Shown here one piece after another: positions 54,901 through 64,000 of a DNA stretch of 64,000 nt. The translations under genes were made by a program, and so were the position numbers. Below the pieces are notes generated by a model. That model was not told the DNA's origin. It worked only from the letters and a program-made list of their open reading frames with translations, and ran no database searches. The stretch lies in the NCBI RefSeq assembly GCF_964355755.1, contig NC_092679.1:9144201-9208200 (forward strand). The letters run 5' to 3'. Each line of letters begins with the position of its first letter. The stretch's first letter is position 1. Source of the stretch: Antedon mediterranea. Lineage: Eukaryota > Animalia > Echinodermata.

Positions 54901-57900
54901 TGCGATTTGAAGCTATTCTATACACTTTGATGTTTTTATGTTAGCAAGTTTTTTCGAAAATCACAAAATGGTCTAAAACGTCTACAAATGCGATTTGAAG
55001 CTAATCTGTACACTTTGATGTTTTTATGTTAACAAGTTTTTTCGAAAATCACAAAAGGGTCTAAAATGTCTGTAAATGCGATTTGAAGCTATTTAAAGCA
55101 CTTTGGTGTTTTTAGGTTAACAAGTTTTTTCGAAAATCACAAAAGGGTCTAAAATGTCTGTAAATGCGATTTGAAGCTATTTAAAGCACTTTGGTGTTTT
55201 TAGGTTAACAAGTTTTTTCGAAAATCACAAAATGGTCTAAAACGTCTACAAATGCGATTTGAAGCTATTCTAAGCACTTTTGTGTTTTTATGTTAACAAG
55301 TTTTTTCGAAAATCACAAAATGGTCTAAAATGTCTCCAAATGCGATTTGAAGCTATTCTAAGCACTTTGGTGTTTTTATGGAAACAATTTTTTTCGAAAA
55401 TCACAAAATGGTCTAAAACGTCTCCAAATGTGATTTGAAGCTATTCTGTACACTTTGATGTTTTTATGTTAGCAAGTTTTTTCGAAAATCACAAAATGGT
55501 CTAAAACGTCTACAAATGCGATTTGTAGCTAATCTGTACACTTTGATGTTTTTATGTTAACAAGTTTTTTCGAAAATCACAAAAGGGTCTAAAATGTCTG
55601 TAAATGCGATTTGAAGCTATTTAAAGCACTTTGGTGTTTTTAGATTAACAAGTTTTTTCGAAAATCACAAAATGGTCTAAAACGTCTACAAATGCGATTT
55701 GAAGCTATTCTAAGCACTTTTGTGTTTTTATGTTAACAAGTTTTTTCGAAAATCACAAAATGGTCTAAAACGTCTCCAAATGCGATTTGAAGCTATTTTA
55801 AGCACTTTGGTGTTTTTGTGTTAACAAGTTTTTCGAAAATCACAAAATGGTCTAAAACGTTTCCAAATGCGATTTGAAGCTATTCTGTACACTTTGATGT
55901 TTTGTGTGAAAATTTTCTTTCGAAATGCTCAAAATGGTCAAAAACGTTTTTAAATACGATATTAAGCTACTTTGTGCTCTTTGATGTTTTTGTGTGAAAT
56001 GTTTTATCGAAATGCTCAAAATGGTCTAAAACGGTTTCTAATGTGATTTCAAGCACTTTGATGTTTTTGTGTAACCAAGTTTTTCGAAAATCACAAAATT
56101 GTCTAAAACGTCTCCAAATGCGATTTGAAGCTATTCTGTACACTTTGATGTTTTTATGTTAACAAGTTTTTCGAAAATCACAAAATGGTCTAAAACGTCT
56201 CCAAATGCGATTTGAAGCTATTCTGTACACTTTGATGTTTTTATGTTAACAAGTTTTTCGAAAATCACAAAATGGTCTAAAACGTCTCTAAATGCGATTT
56301 GAAGCTTTTCTGTACACTTTAATGTTTTTATGTTAACTTTTTTCGAAAATCACAAAATGGTCTAAATTTTCTCCAAATGCGATTTGAAGCTATTCTAAGC
56401 ACTTTGATGTTTTTATGTTAACAAGTTTTTTCGAAAATCACAAAATGGTCTAAAACGTCTCCAATAGCGATTTTAAGCTATTCTGTACACTTTGATGTTT
56501 TTATGTTAACAAGTTTTTCGAAAATCACAAAATGGTCTAAAATGCGATTTTAAGCTATTCTAAGCACTTTGGTGTTTTTATGTTAACAAGTTTTTTTGAA
56601 AATCACAAAATGGTCTAAAACGTCTCTAAATGCGATTTGAAGCTTTTCTGTACACTTTGATGTTTTTATGTTAACAACTTTTTTCGAAAATCACAAAATG
56701 GTCTAAAATGTCTCCAAATGCGATTTGAAGCTATTCTAAGCACTTTGGTGTTTTTATGGAAACAATTTTTTTCGAAAATCACAAAATGGTCTAAAACGTC
56801 TCCAATAGCGATTTGAAGCTTTTCTGTACACTTTGGTGTTTTTATGTTAACAAGTTTTTTCGAAAATCACAAAATGGTCTAAAACGTCTCCAAATGCGAT
56901 TTGAAGCTAATCTGTACACTTTGATGTTTTTATGTTAACAAGTTTTTTCGAAAATCACAAAATGGTCTAAAACGTTTCAAAATGCGATTTGAAGCTTTTC
57001 TTTACACTTTGGTGTTTTTATGTTAACAAGTTTTTTCGAAAATCACAAAATGGTCTAAAACGTCTCCAAATGCGATTTGAAGCTATTCTGTACACTTTGA
57101 TGTTTTTATGTTAACAAGTTTTTTCGAAGATCACAAAATTGTCTAAAACGTCTACAAATGCAATTTGAAGCTATTCTAAACACTTTTGTGTTTTTATGTT
57201 AACAAGTTTTTTTCGAAAATCACAAAATGGTCTAAAACGTCTGCAAATGCGATTTTAAACTATTCTTAGCACATTGGTGTTTTTATTTAAACAAATTTTT
57301 TCGAAACTCACAAAATGGTCTAAAACGTCTCCAAATGCGATTTGAAGCTATTTTAAGCACTTTGGTGTTTTTGTGTTAACAAGTTTTTCGAAATGCTCAA
57401 AATGGTCTAAAACGTTTTTAAACACGATATTAAGCTATTTTGTGCTCTTTGATGTTTTTTTGTGAAAAGTTTTAGCAAAATGCTCAAAATGGTCTAAAAC
57501 GATTTCTAATGTGATTTTAAGCACTTTGATGTTTTTATGTTAACTAGTTTTTTCGAAAATCACAAAATGGTCTAAAACGTCTCCAAATGCGATTTGAAGC
57601 TATTTTAAGCACTTAGGTGCTTTTGTGTAACCAAGTTTTTTTGAAAATCACAAAAGGGTCTAAAATGTCTCCAAATGTGATTTGAAGCTATTTTAAGCAG
57701 TTTGGTGTTTTTGTGTTAACAAGTTTTTCGAAAATCACAAAATTGTCTAAAACGTCTCCAAATGCGATTTGAAGCTATTCTGTACACTTTGATGTTTTTA
57801 TGTTAACAAGTTTTTTAGAAAATCACAAAATGGTCTAAAACATCTCCAAATGCGATTTAAAGCTATTTTAAGCACTTTGGTGTTTTTATGTTAACAAGTT

Positions 57901-60900
57901 TTTTCGAAAATCACAAAATGGTCTAAAACGTCTCCAAATGCGATTTGAAGCTATTTTAAGCACTTTGGTGTTTTTGTGTTAACAAGTTTTTCGAAATGCT
58001 CAAAATGGTCTAAAACGTTTCCAAATGCGATTTGAAGCTATTCTGTACACTTTGATGTTTTGTGTGAAAATTTTCTGTCGAAATGCTCAAAATGGTCAAA
58101 AACGTTTTTAAATACGATATTAAGCTACTTTGTGCTCTTTGATGTTTTTGTGTGAAATGTTTTATCGAAATGCTCAAAATGGTCTAAAACGGTTTCTAAT
58201 GTGATTTCAAGCACTTTGATGTTTTTGTGTAACCAAGTTTTTCGAAAATCACAAAATTGTCTAAAACGTCTCCAAATGCGATTTGAAGCTATTCTGTACT
58301 CTTTGATTTTTTTATTTTAACAAGTTTTTCGAAAATCACAAAATGGTCTAAAACGTCTCCAAATGCGATTTTAAGCTATTCTAAGCACTTTGGTGTTTTT
58401 ATGTTAACAAGTTTTTTTGAAAATCACAAAATGGTCTAAAACGTCTCTAAATGAGATTTGAAGCTTTTCTGTACACTTTGATGTTTTTATGTTAACAAGT
58501 TTTTTCGAAAATCACAAAATGGTCTAAAATGTCTCCAAATGCGATTTGAAGCTATTCTAAGCACTTTGGTGTTTTTATGGAAACAATTTTTTTCGAAAAT
58601 CACAAAATGGTCTAAAACGTCTCCAAATGTGATTTGAAGCTATTCTGTACACTTTGATGTTTTTATGTTAACAAGTTTTTTCGAAAATCACAAAATGGTC
58701 TAAAACGTCTACAAATGCGATTTGAAGCTATACTGTACACTTTGATGCTTTTATGTTAACAAGTTTTTTCGAAAATCACAAAATGGTCTAAAACGTTTCC
58801 AAATGCGATTTGAAGCTATTCTGTACACTTTGATGTTTTGTGTGAAAATTTTCTGTCGAAATGCTCAAAATGGTCAAAAACGTTTTTAAATACGATATTA
58901 AGCTACTTTGTGCTCTTTGATGTTTTTGTGTGAAATGTTTTATCGAAATGCTCAAAATGGTCTAAAACGGTTTCTAATGTGATTTCAAGCACTTTGATGT
59001 TTTTGTGTAACCAAGTTTTTCGAAAATCACAAAATTGTCTAAAACGTCTCCAAATGCGATTTGAAGCTATTCTGTACACTTTGATGTTTTTATGTTAACA
59101 AGTTTTTCGAAAATCACAAAATGGTCTAAAACGTCTCCAAATGCGATTTGAAGCTATTCTGTACACTTTGATGTTTTTATGTTAACAAGTTTTTCGAAAA
59201 TCACAAAATGGTCTAAAACGTCTCTAAATGCGATTTGAAGCTTTTCTGTACACTTTGATGTTTTTATGTTAACAACTTTTTTCGAAAATCACAAAATGGT
59301 CTAAAATGTCTCCAAATGCGATTTGAAGCTATTCTAAGCACTTTGGTGTTTTTATGTTAACAAGTTTTTTCGAAAATCACAAAATGGTCTAAAACGTCTC
59401 CAAATGCGATTTGAAGCTATTCTGTACACTTTGATGTTTTTATGTTAACAAGTTTTTTCGAAAATCACAAAATGGTCTAAAACGTCTACAAATGCGATTT
59501 GAAGCTATTCTGTACACTTTGATGTTTTTATGTTAACAAGTTTTTTCGAAAATCACAAAATGGTCTAAAACGTTTCCAAATGCGATTTGAAGCTATTCTG
59601 TACACTTTGATGTTTTGTGTGAAAATTTTCTTTCGAAATGCTCAAAATGGTCAAAAACGTTTTTAAATACGATATTAAGCTACTTTGTGCTCTTTGATGT
59701 TTTTGTGTGAAATGTTTTATCGAAATGCTCAAAATGGTGTAAAACGGTTTCTAATGTGATTTCAAGCACTTTGATGTTTTTGTGTAACCAAGTTTTTCGA
59801 AAATCACAAAATTGTCTAAAACGTCTCCAAATGCGATTTGAAGCTATTCTGTACACTTTGATGTTTTTATGTTAACAAGTTTTTCGAAAATCACAAAATG
59901 GTCTAAAACGTCTCCAAATGCGATTTTAAGCTATTCTAAGCACTTTGGTGTTTTTATGTTAACAAGTTTTTTTGAAAATCACAAAATGGTCTAAAACGTC
60001 TCTAAATGCGATTTGAAGCTATTCTGTACACTTTGATGTTTTTATGTTAACAAGTTTTTTCGAAAATCACAAAATGGTCTAAAACGTCTACAAATGCGAT
60101 TTGAAGCTATTCTAAGCACTTTGGTGTTTTTATGGAAACAATTTTTTTCGAAAATCACAAAATGGTCTAAAACGTTTCCAAATGCGATTTGAAGCTATTC
60201 TGTACACTTTGATGTTTTGTGTGAAAATTTTCTGTCGAAATGCTCAAAATGGTCAAAAACGTTTTTAAATACGATATTAAGCTACTTTGTGCTCTTTGAT
60301 GTTTTTGTGTGAAATGTTTTATCGAAATGCTCAAAATGGTCTAAAACGGTTTCTAATGTGATTTCAAGCACTTTGATGTTTTTGTGTAACCAAGTTTTTT
60401 GAAAATCACAAAATTGTCTAAAACGTCTCCAAATGCGATTTGAAGCTATTCTGTACACTTTGATGTTTTTATGTTAACAAGTTTTTCGAAAATCACAAAA
60501 TGGTCTAAAACGTGTCTCCAAATGCGATTTTAAGCTATTCTAAGCACTTTGGTGTTTTTATGTTAACAACTTTTTTCGAAAATCACAAAATGGTCTAAAA
60601 TGTCTCCAAATGCGATTTGAAGCTATTCTAAGCACTTTGGTGTTTTTATGTTAACAAGTTTTTTCGAAAATCACAAAATGGTCTAAAACGTCTCCAAATG
60701 CGATTTGAAGCTATTCTGTACACTTTGATGTTTTTATGTTAACAAGTTTTTTCGAAAATCACAAAATGGTCTAAAACGTCTACAAATGCGATTTGAAGCT
60801 ATTCTGTACACTTTGATGTTTTTATGTTAACAAGTTTTTTCGAAAATCACAAAATGGTCTAAAACGTTTCCAAATGCGATTTGAAGCTATTCTGTACACT

Positions 60901-63900
60901 TTGATGTTTTGTGTGAAAATTTTCTTTCGAAATGCTCAAAATGGTCAAAAACGTTTTTAAATACGATATTAAGCTACTTTGTGCTCTTTGATGTTTTTGT
61001 GTGAAATGTTTTATCGAAATGCTCAAAATGGTCTAAAACGGTTTCTAATGTGATTTCAAGCACTTTGATGTTTTTGTGTAACCAAGTTTTTCGAAAATCA
61101 CAAAATTGTCTAAAACGTCTCCAAATGCGATTTGAAGCTATTCTGTACACTTTGATGTTTTTATGTTAACAAGTTTTTCGAAAATCACAAAATGGTCTAA
61201 AACATCTCCAAATGCGATTTGAAGCTATTCTGTACACTTTGATGTTTTTATGTTAACAAGTTTTTCGAAAATCACAAAATGGTCTAAAACGTCTCTAAAT
61301 GCGATTTGAAGCTTTTCTGTACACTTTGATGTTTTTATGTTAACAACTTTTTTCGAAAATCACAAAATGGTCTAAAATGTCTCCAAATGCGATTTGAAGC
61401 TATTCTAAGCACTTTGATGTTTTTATGTTACCAAGTTTTTTCGAAAATCACAAAATGGTCTAAAATGTCTCCAATAGCGATTTTAAGCTATTCTGTACAC
61501 TTTGATGTTTTTATGTTAACAAGTTTTTCGAAAATCACAAAATGGTCTAAAACGTCTCCAAATGCGATTTTAAGCTATTCTAAGCACTTTGGTGTTTTTA
61601 TGTTAACAAGTTTTTTTGAAAATCACAAAATGGTCTAAAACGTCTCTAAATGCGATTTGAAGCTTTTCTGTACACTTTGATGTTTTTATGTTAACAACTT
61701 TTTTCGAAAATCACAAAATGGTCTAAAATGTCTCCAAATGCGATTTGAAGCTATTCTAAGCACTTTGGTGTTTTTATGGAAACAATTTTTTTCGAAAATC
61801 ACAAAATGGTCTAAAACGTCTCCAATAGCGATTTGAAGCTTTTCTGTACACTTTGGTGTTTTTATGTTAACAAGTTTTTTCGAAAATCACAAAATGGTCT
61901 AAAACGTCTCCAAATGCGATTTGAAGCTAATCTGTACACTTTGATGTTTTTATGTTAACAAGTTTTTTCGAAAATCACAAAATGGTCTAAAACGTTTCCA
62001 AATGCGATTTGAAGCTTTTCTTTACACTTTGGTGTTTTTATGTTAACAAGTTTTTTCGAAAATCACAAAATGGTCTAAAACGTCTCCAAATGCGATTTGA
62101 AGCTATTCTGTACACTTTGATGTTTTTATGTTAACAAGTTTTTTCGAAGATCACAAAATGGTCTAAAACGTCTACAAATGCAATTTGAAGCTATTCTAAG
62201 CACTTTTGTGTTTTTATGTTAACAAGTTTTTTCGAAAATCACAAAATGGTCTAAAACGTCTGCAAATGCGATTTTAAACTATTCTTAGCACATTGGTGTT
62301 TTTATTTAAACAAATTTTTTCGAAACTCACAAAATGGTCTAAAACGTCTCCAAATGCGATTTGAAGCTATTTTAAGCACTTTGGTGTTTTTGTGTTAACA
62401 AGTTTTTCGAAATGCTCAAAATGGTCTAAAACGTTTTTAAACACGATATTAAGCTATTTTGTGCTCTTTGGTGTTTTTTTGTGAAAAGTTTTAGCAAAAT
62501 GCTCAAAATGGTCTAAAACGATTTCTAATGTGATTTTAAGCACTTTGATGTTTTTATGTTAACTAGTTTTTTCGAAAATCACAAAATGGTCTAAAACGTC
62601 TCCAAATGCGATTTGAAGCTATTTTAAGCACTTAGGTGCTTTTGTGTAACCAAGTTTTTTAGAAAATCACAAAAGGGTCTAAAATGTCTCCAAATGTGAT
62701 TTGAAGCTATTTTAAGCACTTTGGTGTTTTTGTTTTAACAAGTTTTTCGGAAATCACAAAATTGTCTAAAACGTCTCCAAATGCGATTTGAAGCTATTCT
62801 GTACACTTTGATGTTTTTATGTTAACAAGTTTTTTAGAAAATCACAAAATGGTCTAAAACATCTCCAAATGCGATTTAAAGCTATTTTAAGCACTTTGGT
62901 GTTTTTATGTTAACAAGTTTTTTCGAAAATCACAAAATGGTCTAAAACGTCTCCAAATGCGATTTGAAGCTATTTTAAGCACTTTGGTGTTTTTGTGTTA
63001 ACAAGTTTTTCGAAATGCTCAAAATGGTCTAAAACGTTTCCAAATGCGATTTGAAGCTATTCTGTACACTTTGATGTTTTGTGTGAAAATTTTCTGTCGA
63101 AATGCTCAAAATGGTCAAAAACGTTTTTAAATACGATATTAAGCTACTTTGTGCTCTTTGATGTTTTTGTGTGAAATGTTTTATCGAAATGCTCAAAATG
63201 GTCTAAAACGGTTTATAATGTGATTTCAAGCACTTTGATGTTTTTGTGTAACCAAGTTTTTCGAAAATCACAAAATTGTCTAAAACGTCTCCAAATGCGA
63301 TTTGAAGCTATTCTGTACTCTTTGATGTTTTTATGTTAACAAGTTTTTCGAAAATCACAAAATGGTCTAAAACGTCTCCAAATGCGATTTTAAGCTATTC
63401 TAAGCACTTTGGTGTTTTTATGTTAACAAGTTTTTTTGAAATCACAAAATGGTCTAAAACGTCTCTAAATGAGATTTGAAGCTTTTCTGTACATTTTGAT
63501 GTTTTTATGTTAACAAGTTTTTTCGAAAATCACAAAATGGTCTAAAATGTCTCCAAATGCGATTTGAAGCTATTCTAAGCACTTTGGTGTTTTTATGGAA
63601 ACAATTTTTTTCGAAAATCACAAAATGGTCTAAAACGTCTCCAAATGTGATTTGAAGCTATTCTGTACACTTTGATGTTTTTATGTTAGCAAGTTTTTTC
63701 GAAAATCACAAAATGGTCTAAAACGTCTACAAATGCGATTTGAAGCTAATCTGTACACTTTGATGTTTTTATGTTAACAAGTTTTTTCGAAAATCACAAA
63801 AGGGTCTAAAATGTCTGTAAATGCGATTTGAAGCTATTTAAAGCACTTTGGTGTTTTTAGGTTAACAAGTTTTTTCGAAAATCACAAAATGGTCTAAAAC

Positions 63901-64000
63901 GTCTACAAATGCGATTTGAAGCTATTCTAAGCACTTTTGTGTTTTTATGTTAACAAGTTTTTTCGAAAATCACAAAATGGTCTAAAATGTCTCCAAATGC
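40327..64000 (-). repeat. Same satellite in inverted (reverse-complement) orientation
   Basis: From 40327 the unit reads CAAAATGGTCTAAAACGTCTCCAAATGCGATTTGAAGCTATTC..., the reverse complement of the left-hand monomer. The same 83-aa pseudo-ORF is on - before the switch and on + after it. The array runs off the right edge. Confidence 0.99.
42379..52773 (-). repeat. Tandem duplication, period 5191 bp (~60 monomers), 2 copies
   Basis: ORFs 44150/49341 and private variants CGAAAATAAC (43091/48282), AAAATGATCT, AATGTTCTAA and AATTATTCTT are all offset by 5191. One difference was noticed (46549 A vs 51740 T). Confidence 0.9.

Noticed and set aside
2133-61638. The 15 ORFs of 65-83 aa in the ORF track
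   Set aside because: They are translations of 2-3 satellite monomers, internally repetitive (KITKWSKTSP...), recur at HOR periods and flip strand with the array. They show no recognisable domain or gene context.
1-64000. CRISPR-like array (regular ~87-bp period with palindromic motifs)
   Set aside because: The entire unit repeats, so there are no unique spacers, and there is no leader or cas gene.

Overview
The whole 64 kb is one AT-rich (~31% GC) eukaryotic-type tandem satellite array with an 87-88 bp monomer (consensus ACCATTTTGTGATTTTCGAAAAA(A)CTTGTTAACATAAAAACA(T/C)CAAAGTG(TAC/CTT)AGAATAGCTTCAAATCGCATTTGGAGACGTTTTAG), about 730 copies. I found no genes, RNA genes or transposons, and the listed ORFs are by-products of the repeat. 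I cannot assign the satellite to a named family or species. The interest is architectural. (1) The array flips orientation at 40327 in a clean fold-back: arms of ~2.65 kb (37500-40149 and 40327-42976) flank a 177-bp spacer, with an 18-bp hairpin at the junction. (2) The inverted half is a patchwork of reverse-complement copies of several blocks of the forward half. (3) Nested higher-order repeats and duplications occur at 515, 692, 1039, 1203, ~1478, 3650, 4689 and 5191 bp. (4) Two recurring divergent cassettes start with a 77-78 bp monomer carrying a 10-bp deletion. (5) There is a multi-jump microhomology repair scar at 31222-31337. (6) Common variants look like CpG deamination. All coordinates come from manual comparison of diagnostic variants, not computed alignments.
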